Shown here one piece after another: positions 31,996 through 41,438 of a stretch of 64,000 bases of DNA (its first letter is position 1; every line of letters begins with the position of its first letter). This stretch comes from Patescibacteria group bacterium. GTDB lineage: Bacteria; Patescibacteriota; Microgenomatia; Curtissbacterales; GWA2-41-24. The stretch spans positions 8,485-72,484 of the forward strand of contig JBBTUN010000006.1 in assembly GCA_038063735.1 (NCBI GenBank), in the 5' to 3' direction. A model generated the notes under the pieces. The model did not search any database. It had not been told where the DNA came from and saw nothing but the letters and a program-made list of their open reading frames with translations. The position numbers and the translations under genes were made by a program.

Positions 31996-32498
31996 TCGCG
32001 CTTTATATCCCTAGGAGAAAATTCACCGGCCAGGGAATTATGTTTATCATGATCGTTTTGCCCCAACTCAGGCATGTTGTCTAAACTGGCCGGTCTCTTT
32101 TGTGTCGTCAGCTTTGCAAGCTCCGACCGTATCGCCTCAATAGACTTCTGCTCGTCGTCGCTAGCATTAGATTCCGGCTCGACTTTATCAACAATACCTC
32201 GCCACCAAACTCCTTCTTCGTCAACCTGACTTTTGGTCTCCCCAGCTGCATCCGGCGCCTGCGATACAGTTTGGTGCAATTGATAGTCGGAGGGTTCTTG
32301 CCCGGGTACAGGCTGTCGTGCGGTAGTACCATCCCCGCTATCCACCATACCAACTTCTAACTTTTTGAGTGACGGCGGTCCTTCCTTTTGTAACCTTCTG
32401 TTTTCTTCTTCTAACTTTCGCTGGTCACGTATAAGTGTCGCAAGAGCAATTACAAAAGATAAAACTAAGACAATAATTCCCAGTACTACAAAAATCAT
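31992..32498 (-). CDS. Single-TM hypothetical protein
   Basis: N-terminal hydrophobic helix followed by a disordered/coiled region. Confidence 0.6.
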   Translation of the reverse strand: MIFVVLGIIVLVLSFVIALATLIRDQRKLEEENRRLQKEGPPSLKKLEVGMVDSGDGTTARQPVPGQEPSDYQLHQTVSQAPDAAGETKSQVDEEGVWWRGIVDKVEPESNASDDEQKSIEAIRSELAKLTTQKRPASLDNMPELGQNDHDKHNSLAGEFSPRDIKRD

Positions 32499-33427
32499 TT
32501 AAAATACTTTTTATTAAAATTTTCACCGATATGGATTGTCATGGTTGGATTTTCGGCCTCAAGAGTGTCATTTATATCACAGGTTAATGTCTTTGCCAAA
32601 TAATTCACAGTGTAGCTTCCTTTTTTGTTTGTATAAATCAGACACTTATCTACGGTGTCTGCACTTCCAGAAACTTTATTGACGCGCCCCCCCACGCTTT
32701 TAACAAAACTTTGCATCAGGGCAGATGCCAGCTCCTGGGTACTTTCGTTAACAATGTTAATTTCAACATCCTCCCCAATAATTTTTACATTCTCCAGATA
32801 AGGAACAATTTCTTTATTTAAACCATTGGAACTAGCGCCAAGTACTTTGGTATCGCGAGGTGTAGATTTAGCGCTCAAGTCGACAAATTTTATCTCTTTC
32901 GGGCGAATAGTTTTAGCCTGCCACCATAGCCTTAAAGCTTCTATTCGAGTAATATTAGTATCTTCTTGCTTCGAAAACATTCCGCTAGTCAAAATCGCAG
33001 CAGGAGTCATAAAACTTGTAAAATTCTCAAACCTTTTTGCTAAAGTTTCGTCTTCGAGCGAGTCAACATTAAGATAAGTATTAATATTTGCCCCCAGAGT
33101 GGCGGAGAGCTTATCCGCAAATGCCTGGCCCTCCCCCTGAACAATTTCCCCAAATTTAACGACCGCGACTCTCTTTGGATCTTTTTGAAAAATGAAGGCT
33201 CCTGCCTTATCCCCTTTTAGACCCACGACAAAAGACGATACACCGTCCCAACTTTGCCTATTATTAAATTTTTTTTCTGAAGTTGATTTAAGAAGACCGT
33301 TGAAAGTAGCCAAACAGATAACTAAGGCAATAAAAATAGCACTAACACTTTTCCATTTACCAACACTACTATTATTTTTTTCCCACTTCACTCCGCTACG
33401 GGCACTAGATTTTAAATAATCTCTCAT
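32495..33427 (-). CDS. Membrane-anchored LCP/LytR-C-like protein
   Basis: One TM; TNIT..E..RLW segment; C-terminal INIVNES...IHIGENF resembles LytR_C. Confidence 0.55.
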   Translation of the reverse strand: MRDYLKSSARSGVKWEKNNSSVGKWKSVSAIFIALVICLATFNGLLKSTSEKKFNNRQSWDGVSSFVVGLKGDKAGAFIFQKDPKRVAVVKFGEIVQGEGQAFADKLSATLGANINTYLNVDSLEDETLAKRFENFTSFMTPAAILTSGMFSKQEDTNITRIEALRLWWQAKTIRPKEIKFVDLSAKSTPRDTKVLGASSNGLNKEIVPYLENVKIIGEDVEINIVNESTQELASALMQSFVKSVGGRVNKVSGSADTVDKCLIYTNKKGSYTVNYLAKTLTCDINDTLEAENPTMTIHIGENFNKKYFK

Positions 33428-33481
33428 ATCATTTCCTAAAAGCCAGGAAACAATTAATCTGCCCTAAAACCTATATCGAGG

Positions 33482-33622
33482 CTATTTGTCGCGACCCTTA
33501 CCTTTTCCGATGATTTCAACACGAGGGGCTATTGTCGCACGTGGCATATGCTCAAGCCTGCGCTCAAGCACTTCCTTTTTTTGTTTCTTTTTCTCACCTT
33601 TAAAAAAACTGCTACTTCCCAT
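33482..33622 (-). CDS. Small basic protein (46 aa) below the ORF-track cutoff
   Basis: MGSSSFFKGEKKKQKKEVLERRLEHMPRATIAPRVEIIGKGKGRDK; SD AGGAG upstream. Confidence 0.6.
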   Translation of the reverse strand: MGSSSFFKGEKKKQKKEVLERRLEHMPRATIAPRVEIIGKGKGRDK

Positions 33623-33680
33623 ATTAATCTCCTACACATTTATTCTATCAAGCATAAACTTTTAACTCAATACTAAATGC

Positions 33681-35375
33681 CTAAAATATCTTGTGCGAAA
33701 CAAGCTCTTCAAAATGTCTGCTTTTCTCTTTTTTGATTTTGTCCAGGTCATCCCAGTTTTCTGCCAAAATTCTGGCAATATGCTTGCCGCCTACAGTTTC
33801 CGGCACAATCACATAATCGGCCCCCGATTCATAAAGCTTAATGGCGTCATGTATCCAGTAAGCAGCACCGATTATCGGCCCTTTGTAGTTCTTCTCACGA
33901 GCAGCCTCAATAAGTCCTAAGCTGTCGGCAATATCAGGATCCGTTATTACAATTAAACTTGCGCGTCCAAGCTCAAGCTCCTCAATAACCTCAGGGTCAC
34001 TAATATCTCCAAAAACAGCATTGTAACCGGCCGATGTTAACTGATTAAAAATCGTGGGGTTAAAGTCGATTACAAGTATCTGGTTCTTATCTTTAATTTT
34101 TGTGGCCAGATACGCAAGTATGTCAGACCCCATCTGCTCCCCACCCACTAGCACTATATGATCTTTTAAATTATCGCGATGGGCTACATATGGGTCGTTT
34201 CCTTTCTCCGGAAAAATTTTAGCAATCGGACCCTGCAGATATTTATATATCGCGGCGCCATAAAGTATCATATAGGAAGAAAGAGTTATCGTAACCACAC
34301 CAATCGCGGCAACAAGAGCGACCTCGCTGGAATTAACATGTCCCAACCCCAAACCAACAGTCATCATAATCAGCGAAAACTCGCTAACTTGTGCAACCGT
34401 TGCAGCTGTCAAAAAAGAAGTCCTGTTACGGAATTTTAAAGTAAGCATTATGGCAAGCACTATTAGTGGCTTTCCAACAAGAATAAAGAGGGACAGAATA
34501 ACAATATTTCTAATGGGAAAGCCGGAGCCTGCCGAAAACGAAGCACCAAGCAATATAAAGAATATTATTATAAAAAAATCGCGAAGGGGCTTTACCCGTG
34601 CTGCAATTTGAATTCTGTAAGGAGACGACGCAATAGCGATACCTGCCAAAAATGCTCCTATTGCAACAGAAAATCCGGCAAGCTCGGCGAGTGCCGCCAA
34701 TAAAAATGCCCAGGCAATTGCTCCGACAAAAAGTAGTTCGACCGAAGTAGATGCCAGCCTAAAAATAGTTTTTAAACCAAATTTTGTTACCAAATAAGTA
34801 AACAGCACCAAAAGTAGACCTTTCACAAAAATAAAACTAATAAGCGAAAACGATGGCACCTGGGACTCCCCGAAACCGGAAAGGACCATAAGCGCAATAA
34901 TTGCCACGAAATCCTGTATCAGAAGATAACCAATAGAAATTTTTCCGTACAAGGTCTGCAAATCATTTTTTTCAGCAAGCAACTTAATAATAATTACCGT
35001 AGAAGAAAAAGTTATTGCAACCGAAATATACAAAGCAGGTATAGTCGAAAAACCTAAAGCACTTATGATAATAAAGCCAACCAGAGCAGTAAAAAGAATT
35101 TGCCCCAAGCCCATATAAATCGCTGCTCGTCCGACATACTTTAAATCTTCGATTTTAAGATCTATTCCGACCAGAAATAATAAAAAGGCAATGCCTAAAT
35201 TAGACAAAAGCTCCAGGGCCTGTTTATCAATTGCCCGAAACAAGCCAAAAACGGAAATTATTACCCCGGTAAATATATAGGCGACAATTAGAGGCTGTTT
35301 AAAAATACGCGCCAATATCCCCAAAAATGTAGCAATAACCAAAATTGACGATAACTCTAAAAACAAATGTTCCAT
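33681..35375 (-). CDS. CPA2 (Kef-type) cation:proton antiporter with TrkA-N domain
   Basis: GIAFLLFLVG, LLIQDF, GAFLAG, QVSEFS, VFGDISDPE; ATG at 35375. Confidence 0.92.
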   Translation of the reverse strand: MEHLFLELSSILVIATFLGILARIFKQPLIVAYIFTGVIISVFGLFRAIDKQALELLSNLGIAFLLFLVGIDLKIEDLKYVGRAAIYMGLGQILFTALVGFIIISALGFSTIPALYISVAITFSSTVIIIKLLAEKNDLQTLYGKISIGYLLIQDFVAIIALMVLSGFGESQVPSFSLISFIFVKGLLLVLFTYLVTKFGLKTIFRLASTSVELLFVGAIAWAFLLAALAELAGFSVAIGAFLAGIAIASSPYRIQIAARVKPLRDFFIIIFFILLGASFSAGSGFPIRNIVILSLFILVGKPLIVLAIMLTLKFRNRTSFLTAATVAQVSEFSLIMMTVGLGLGHVNSSEVALVAAIGVVTITLSSYMILYGAAIYKYLQGPIAKIFPEKGNDPYVAHRDNLKDHIVLVGGEQMGSDILAYLATKIKDKNQILVIDFNPTIFNQLTSAGYNAVFGDISDPEVIEELELGRASLIVITDPDIADSLGLIEAAREKNYKGPIIGAAYWIHDAIKLYESGADYVIVPETVGGKHIARILAENWDDLDKIKKEKSRHFEELVSHKIF

Positions 35376-35430
35376 AGGCAGTCTCCTACCTATTGTTAAT
35401 TGTTGCCCAAAAAATGTCAATTGCAATAAA

Positions 35431-36213
35431 TCAAACGGCAACCAGTTGCCCCAGTGCATCCCTAAGATCAGGTGGCAAATCAGACCTAAAACTTAAAACC
35501 TTTTTTGATTTTGGGTCTTTAAACTCGATCTTCTCAGCATGCAAAAATAATCGTGGACACCATAATAAATCGAACTTTATAAGCTTTGCCGGTCCATAAA
35601 TTAAATCAGAAACAATGGGACTGCCCAAACTTTTTAAATGCACCCTTATCTGATGAGTACGGCCGGTTTTCGGAAAAAGTTTTACGAAAGAGTAATTCTT
35701 TGCCTGCTGTTTTAAATATTTTACGCGCACTTTTGTCAGCTTTAAATCATCACCCAAAATTAATTTTTCAAATTCAGCCTCGTCAAATACAAGTCTTTTT
35801 TCTACGTTATAACGTGTTTCCGATTCCCTACCGTTTTTCAAAATCCCAAATTTTCCAAACTTGCCAATCCTGGCAATGGGCAGATCAATTACACCCTCAT
35901 CTGCCTTAATATCACCGTGGGAAAGCGCAATATATGTTTTTTTAACCTCGCGATTTTCAAATTGTTCCTGCAAGTTTGCAAATGCTTTTTGTGTTTTTGC
36001 AACCACGACCAACCCCGACGTTTCCCTATCCAGCCTGTGCACAATTCCCGCTCGCCCGCCAACCCCCAGATCACCTTCTGCCAATTTTAAGTATTTTGAA
36101 ATTTGGTTTTGTAAAGTATCACCGCTTGCGGTAACAGAGTTATTAACCACCACACCGGGTGGTTTATCAACAACTAAGAGCAGATCGTTTTCAAAAATAA
36201 TATCAAGTTTCAT
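35431..36213 (-). CDS. RluA/RluD-family pseudouridine synthase
   Basis: VDKPPG, IVHRLDRETSG, TGRTHQIRVH, LFLHA. Confidence 0.93.
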   Translation of the reverse strand: MKLDIIFENDLLLVVDKPPGVVVNNSVTASGDTLQNQISKYLKLAEGDLGVGGRAGIVHRLDRETSGLVVVAKTQKAFANLQEQFENREVKKTYIALSHGDIKADEGVIDLPIARIGKFGKFGILKNGRESETRYNVEKRLVFDEAEFEKLILGDDLKLTKVRVKYLKQQAKNYSFVKLFPKTGRTHQIRVHLKSLGSPIVSDLIYGPAKLIKFDLLWCPRLFLHAEKIEFKDPKSKKVLSFRSDLPPDLRDALGQLVAV

Positions 36214-36620
36214 TTAGTCACCGTTCTGCTTTTCAGGGCGTCATATAATACCACCAGAACCCCTAAAGTTAATATAAAATCAGCCAAATTAAAGGTAGGA
36301 AAAACACGAGTTAAAGATATGAAGTCGCGAACGCATCCATAAATAAGCCTGTCCAGTAAATTACTAACTCCCCCGGCAATAATTAAGCTATAACCAAAAA
36401 TACGTAGTTTCCTGCTTTCCGCCCCAATAAGATAGCCAAACAATAGGAGCGTCAAAACAGAAACAACAAGTGGCTTAAAATCCAGGCCAAACGGCCCTCC
36501 ACTATTGCATGCTACGGGAAAATATTGAATTGCAACCCTTTTAGTTACCTGGTCAGCAACTAAAACCGGTACTGCGAACGCAAGAATCTGAACAAGCTTT
36601 TTATCGGGAAACCCTGGCAC
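36210..36620 (-). CDS. lspA: Lipoprotein signal peptidase II
   Basis: DQVTK, NSGGPFG, GGVSNLLDR, VRDFI, FNLAD. Confidence 0.88.
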   Translation of the reverse strand: MPGFPDKKLVQILAFAVPVLVADQVTKRVAIQYFPVACNSGGPFGLDFKPLVVSVLTLLLFGYLIGAESRKLRIFGYSLIIAGGVSNLLDRLIYGCVRDFISLTRVFPTFNLADFILTLGVLVVLYDALKSRTVTK

Positions 36621-36685
36621 TCAACAATTGTTAAATGTCATCTGTTAAAAGTCAAATCCAATTAAATCCAAGTTAAATTCCGCAA

Positions 36686-37036
36686 TCACTTCTTTTTCTC
36701 CATTTCACCTTTACACTTCAAGCAATACAAGGCTTGTGGTTTTACCTCGAGCCTTTTAATATCTATTACTTTTTTGCACCTTTCACACTTGCCATATGTC
36801 CCCTTTTTAATCTTTTTGAGTGCAGACTCTATTTCAACCAGGTCGCTTTTCAGGCGTTGCTCTAAAATCACGGTGCGCTCATGACCGGACAAGACGGCAG
36901 CATCTGTCCCCGGTTCCACAATAATAGACCTGTCTTCCGTAGCAAACGGGTCTTCTCGTCTTAGCCTCCCCAGCTTTGACAAAACAAGCTTTCTCTGCTT
37001 TTCTATGTTACCGGTAATTACTTTTAAGTTAATCAT
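36686..37036 (-). CDS. TraR/DksA C4 zinc-finger protein
   Basis: GTYGKCERC...RLEVKPQALYCLKC. Confidence 0.88.
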   Translation of the reverse strand: MINLKVITGNIEKQRKLVLSKLGRLRREDPFATEDRSIIVEPGTDAAVLSGHERTVILEQRLKSDLVEIESALKKIKKGTYGKCERCKKVIDIKRLEVKPQALYCLKCKGEMEKKK

Positions 37037-37941
37037 CTGCCTATACCGAATGCGTGAACAAAATCAACAATTGACAGATAAAGTTCGCGGCCTATGTATT
37101 TTACTAGAAAGTATACCCATTTGACCACTAAGAAAGGAGAAAGAACAAGAATCCTTGCCAAATTGTTAGCTTCTCCCAAATTAGTCAGAATACGCTTCAA
37201 TTTAAATAAGAAAAGTAAACTCGCACCAAATGTCGTTTTTACATCTACAAATAATTTTCGCTTGGATAATAGATACCAACCTATGGTACCCAAAATAACT
37301 GAAAGAGAGGAAAATACCATTACCCACGTAGCACGCTCACCGGGTATATTTTTAAATAAGATAACCATTCCCAGATTTAAAAATCCATTACTTACGATAA
37401 AAAAACATGCGGAAAACCCTTTATGTTTTTTCCTCAATTCGAATTTTTTGACAGCCCAAAAAATCACCAGGTAACCGATTGTGTATAAAAGCTGATTTAA
37501 GCCATTACCTATATCAAAAAAATATTTGGTACCTAATATAAACAACACAAGAGAGTATACAAATGCGCAGAAGGCAAATCCTTGAGCCGCAAAATCAAAT
37601 ATATACCAAAAATTTTCCCGCTTACTTCTTAAAAAGAGGAAGACCAAAATTAATCCACCCACCAAAGCGCCATATAAATCAAACCCCGAAAAAGCATTAA
37701 AAAATATTAAGCGCCTTATAGACCATTTGTAAAAATCGTATCTTACAATAAAATCTGTAACCCTTCCAATAATCAGCGCCCCCATAAAAAAAACCGCAGC
37801 AGTGTCAAGTAATGTCTGTGAATCAACAAGTTCGTGTCTTCCTGCCCTCCAAAATAAAAAAAGGCCCAACATAATTGCGGAAATTAAACCACCAAAATAG
37901 ACAAGTCCATAAAGATTGTTGAAAAATAGGGTTTCTAACAT
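37033..37941 (-). CDS. lgt: Prolipoprotein diacylglyceryl transferase-like protein (divergent)
   Basis: GALIIGR, GFDLYGALVGG, IFDFAA; clustered with lspA. Confidence 0.65.
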   Translation of the reverse strand: MLETLFFNNLYGLVYFGGLISAIMLGLFLFWRAGRHELVDSQTLLDTAAVFFMGALIIGRVTDFIVRYDFYKWSIRRLIFFNAFSGFDLYGALVGGLILVFLFLRSKRENFWYIFDFAAQGFAFCAFVYSLVLFILGTKYFFDIGNGLNQLLYTIGYLVIFWAVKKFELRKKHKGFSACFFIVSNGFLNLGMVILFKNIPGERATWVMVFSSLSVILGTIGWYLLSKRKLFVDVKTTFGASLLFLFKLKRILTNLGEANNLARILVLSPFLVVKWVYFLVKYIGRELYLSIVDFVHAFGIGR

Positions 37942-38050
37942 AATGCTTTTGCTTTGCCCAACAGAGCCTCAATATGATATTATGAATCTACGCTAGTCAG
38001 CAAGTCTGGCCCCTGTAGTGTCTCTGCGTGGCCTGCAGACTCAAAAACCT

Positions 38051-38533
38051 ATGACCGCAACCGCACACGCCTTAATTGGGGCGAGTTTTGCCACCATAAT
38101 TTCAAATCCGATAATTGGTGTTCCCGTTGCGTTTATTTCACACTTTATTGCAGACTTTATCCCCCATTGGGACGCAGGAACCAATCATCGTAACAAATCC
38201 AATCTTCGCCTCAAAATAGAAGCCACTTTCGACGTTCTTCTGGGCTTTGCCCTAGTTCTTATGCTGTTTAAAACCCAAACAATGCAAAACCCTGTGTATA
38301 TGTTTTCTATGGTTATTGCTGCACAGCTTCCGGATTGGTTAGCGGCACCAGACTACATGTTTAACCTAAAAGTTCCACCTTTTTCTTGGATGTATAAAAT
38401 TGGCCACGAAACAAACACTCGCATGCAGCTTCCTTGGGGTTTGGTGACGCAAGTGGTAACAGTCGGACTTTTAGTTGTTTTCGCCCTCGGCGGCCCGCAA
38501 AACCTAGGTACCGTCCTCGCCGCAAATTTTTAA
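38051..38533 (+). CDS. Membrane-bound metal-dependent hydrolase-like protein
   Basis: MTATAHALIG, SHFIADFIPHWD, QLPDW. Confidence 0.7.
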   Translation: MTATAHALIGASFATIISNPIIGVPVAFISHFIADFIPHWDAGTNHRNKSNLRLKIEATFDVLLGFALVLMLFKTQTMQNPVYMFSMVIAAQLPDWLAAPDYMFNLKVPPFSWMYKIGHETNTRMQLPWGLVTQVVTVGLLVVFALGGPQNLGTVLAANF

Positions 38534-38982
38534 GCCTCTGCGCTTGCTTTTGCTTCTATTCTTGCTCTAACCGTATCGGCAATTACTTTGGCAGCAGTAC
38601 GAGAACCCTGATCTTCATTTCTAAGCAGACCAAAACTATCTTCCCACTCCTTAAATTCGCTCATTTCGATTTGCAGACCAGAACTTAGCATTAAGGGTTT
38701 TGACTTCATGCCAAACATCACTAACCCAATCTCGCTGATTGAATAAACCTCTGCTCGTACTGGACTATCACCATTATTAAAAGCAACCCTTACCTTGTCT
38801 GATCTTCCTCTATCTGATTCCCCACCTTTTTGGAAACGCAGAACTAGTTCATCACCTATTCTTTTTGGAGATTCATCATCATTTACCAATCCCCGAAGGT
38901 AATCGTAGCTTTCTTTATTTTGTTGATTTATCTCTGTAATGGATAATTCTGGTTTTTTTGGTTGAAGAGTTTCGTTAGTCAT
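38530..38982 (-). CDS. Hypothetical protein
   Basis: 150-aa charged ORF with a -10-like box just upstream. Confidence 0.55.
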   Translation of the reverse strand: MTNETLQPKKPELSITEINQQNKESYDYLRGLVNDDESPKRIGDELVLRFQKGGESDRGRSDKVRVAFNNGDSPVRAEVYSISEIGLVMFGMKSKPLMLSSGLQIEMSEFKEWEDSFGLLRNEDQGSRTAAKVIADTVRARIEAKASAEA

Positions 38983-39073
38983 CGTTGGAATAATAATCTG
39001 AGTCTATCCAAATGTCAAACATCGTTTTTTTAATTTACCAACCTCTAGCACCTAGGCTCTATCACCTTTCGCT

Positions 39074-39631
39074 CTATTTCGCCCTCTCAACATAATCCCC
39101 TGTTCTGGTATCAACCCGAACAACTTCTCCATTTTTTATAAATAACGGAACTTTTACAACCAAACCATTTTCCAGAACTGCATCTTTATAGGAAGCACCA
39201 ACTGTGTTGCCGCGGGCTGCCCCTCCGGTCTGCTCAATCTTGTAATCTACGATTTTAGGAATCTCAATGTATAGTGGCCTATCATCAATAGAAAAAAGCG
39301 TAATCTCCATTCCTTCTTTTAAATATTTACGAGCCTCCTCTACCAATTTTTTTTCGATTGCGAACTGGTCATAAGTTGTCGTGTTCATTAAGTGAACCTG
39401 GTTGTCGGTGTATAAATATTGGACCTTTTTCCGATCGACACTTACATCATTTACCCGGGCTCCGGTAGGAAACGTTTTATCGGTGTTGGCGCCAGATTCT
39501 AAATTCTGGACTTTAACCCTAATTGTTCCGGAACCACGCGCGACCTTTATATGCTCGTACGTAAGCACCAAAAAGTACTTACCTTGATCTTCGAATACAG
39601 CGCCGTTTCGCAGTTCGGTAACAGAAATCAT
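39074..39631 (-). CDS. efp: Elongation factor P
   Basis: HIKVARGSG (Arg at the loop tip), RGNT, VPLFIKNGE.VRVDTRTGDYVER. Confidence 0.96.
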   Translation of the reverse strand: MISVTELRNGAVFEDQGKYFLVLTYEHIKVARGSGTIRVKVQNLESGANTDKTFPTGARVNDVSVDRKKVQYLYTDNQVHLMNTTTYDQFAIEKKLVEEARKYLKEGMEITLFSIDDRPLYIEIPKIVDYKIEQTGGAARGNTVGASYKDAVLENGLVVKVPLFIKNGEVVRVDTRTGDYVERAK

Positions 39632-39634
39632 AAA

Positions 39635-40615
39635 TTATTTTTTAGAAGATTTTTTTGAAGAAATCCTGCTGTAGCGAATCAAGCCAGACGAAGGGACAAC
39701 CTCTATACCATTTTTTATTAGCTCATCCAAAAATAAATTAGCACCAATTGAATCTGCCGCCATATGGCCAACATCAATGGCGTTTATATGGGCTTTTCTA
39801 AGTTCCTGCACGGACTCTTCCGGAATATGCATCTCAATTAACGTTCCAACTCCGGCATTTGCAAGTTCCATATAAAGCTCTTTAGACGGGTTAGTCCCTC
39901 CGGTAAACGAGATAGCAATTTTGCCAACTCTACTTTTTTCGCTTCCGGACACAATACTTGGTCCGGCTTTACCTCGGATAGCTTCTGCAAATTCAGGTAT
40001 TTCGGAAATGGAATCAAGTATCTCACCAAGGGTGTCAAACTTTTTATCGTTTAAATAATTTCTCATAAATGCGTCGCCCAGGTTGTCCCACGGCGTATGC
40101 AGTGCTACAAGCGGGACATCCAAAAGTCTTGCCGTGTCGATCGCCTGCGAATGGTTTCTCGGCCCAATTCTCCTTCTTATTAAACCCATACTTTCCTCAA
40201 GAAGCGCATGGGCAACATTTTCCGGCACTCCTTTTTCGGCAAAAGTATCTATCTGGATATCCATAACCTCGTGAAGACTTGCAAGGGCGTGTCCACTAGG
40301 ATGATGAGCAATTAACAAATCGATTTTTGCTCCTTTTTCATTTAACCTGTCTACCAAAAGAACTTCGGTAGCATCAGCATCAATGCCGGCCATCACCTTT
40401 TTAACCGGTTTTTTAGGGTTTCCGAAAAGGATTCTTGTGTCGGAATACGGATTTTCAAACGACTCTTTGTCGTAAAGGTCCTTTTTTTTATCGGAAAATT
40501 TCTCAAAATCTTTTTTTCTCTTTGCCAGGATATTTTTTACCTTACTAAGTCCGCGTGGGTCAGCATCCATCCCCATTTTTACGCCCAGCCGGTAAATATC
40601 GTCTACAGTCATCAT
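39635..40615 (-). CDS. NIF3 (NGG1p-interacting factor 3)-family protein
   Basis: NPYSDTR, GID, IAHHP, LHTPWDN, GGT, GHMAADSIG. Confidence 0.85.
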   Translation of the reverse strand: MMTVDDIYRLGVKMGMDADPRGLSKVKNILAKRKKDFEKFSDKKKDLYDKESFENPYSDTRILFGNPKKPVKKVMAGIDADATEVLLVDRLNEKGAKIDLLIAHHPSGHALASLHEVMDIQIDTFAEKGVPENVAHALLEESMGLIRRRIGPRNHSQAIDTARLLDVPLVALHTPWDNLGDAFMRNYLNDKKFDTLGEILDSISEIPEFAEAIRGKAGPSIVSGSEKSRVGKIAISFTGGTNPSKELYMELANAGVGTLIEMHIPEESVQELRKAHINAIDVGHMAADSIGANLFLDELIKNGIEVVPSSGLIRYSRISSKKSSKK

Positions 40616-40627
40616 ATTAAAGAAGAA

Positions 40628-40636
40628 TGATATAAT
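40628..40636 (+). promoter_or_regulatory. Extended -10 promoter for the tRNA locus
   Basis: TG-A-TATAAT, 30 nt upstream of the outer tRNA-like 5' end. Confidence 0.6.
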
Positions 40637-40787
40637 AATTAACGCGTTCCATCAAGCTTTTATCATGCCGCGGTGCTGGAAAGAAAGTTTTGGCTCTGCC
40701 AAAAGTGATAGACAGTTACAAATCCTTTTTAATGCTTTGCATTAAAAACATGAGCAAAGAAAACTAAAACGTATAAAAAAACATAAT

Positions 40788-40871
40788 GGCGCGGTGGCGG
40801 AACTGGCAGACGCGTAAGTCTCAAAAACTTATGATCGCAAGATCATGTGGGTTCGACTCCCACCCGCGCCA
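40788..40871 (+). tRNA. tRNA-Leu(CAA)
   Basis: Full cloverleaf: GGCGCGG/CCGCGCC-A, TAAGT-CTCAAAA-ACTTA, variable arm TGATC-GCAA-GATCA, GTGGG-TTCGACT-CCCAC; CCA not encoded. Confidence 0.97.
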
Positions 40872-40891
40872 CTTAAATACCGTGAGGGCTT

Positions 40892-40962
40892 ACCCCGTAA
40901 ATTTGCGCCTCGAGCCGTATTCGAGGAAAATTGAAAAGGCGAAAGGCAAAAATCAGCGGGGT
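40892..40962. mobile_element. MITE-like hairpin element, copy 2
   Basis: ACCCCG...CGGGGT; homologous to 12430-12506. Confidence 0.55.
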
Positions 40963-41027
40963 TCGATTCTCTCCCGTGGCACAACAAAAGAATATCTTAA
41001 AAATTTTAAAGAATGATAGGAAATGAT

Positions 41028-41438
41028 TTAAAGTACAAATCTCGCGCATTCGGCATCCGTTACTGTCAACAATACTCCAGGACCCGAAATCAAGTCGTTT
41101 GCATAAACACCCGTATCTGCAACCTGGCAACCAACAACAAGCATATTTAAAACAGAACTTGCGCTATGCTCTGTCAAGTGGTGTCCCTTTCGCAATTCTA
41201 CAACATCATCATCGCAAAGCAGATCATAACTATTATCTGCACCACTTTTCCTAGCGGTTAAAACAATTCGCTTTCTCTCGTTAAGCTTCTCTATGACACC
41301 ATAACCGGCATCAATGATCAAATCCAAATCACGCAGCCAAGGCTTTTCCCTGATATTAATCATTCTCCGCGCCAAAACACCTTCTGGAACACTTAATTCT
41401 GGCAGCGTTCGCGCTCCGTTCTCTCGTTCGTCAGTCAT
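41028..41438 (-). CDS. Hypothetical protein
   Basis: 136-aa ORF coupled to the dnaB stop (TAATG). Confidence 0.55.
   Translation of the reverse strand: MTDERENGARTLPELSVPEGVLARRMINIREKPWLRDLDLIIDAGYGVIEKLNERKRIVLTARKSGADNSYDLLCDDDVVELRKGHHLTEHSASSVLNMLVVGCQVADTGVYANDLISGPGVLLTVTDAECARFVL

Larger units (their letters stand above)
40667..40981 (+). pseudogene. Interrupted outer tRNA-Leu-like gene enclosing tRNA-Leu(CAA)
   Basis: 5' GCCGCGG-TG-CTG-GAA...TAGA-CAG and 3' GAGGG[73 nt]TTCGATT-CTCTC-CCGTGGC-A; acceptor, D and T stems pair. Confidence 0.6.

Noticed and set aside
40786-41130. ORFs 40786-41016 and 40873-41130
   Set aside because: They overlap the tRNA and the hairpin element
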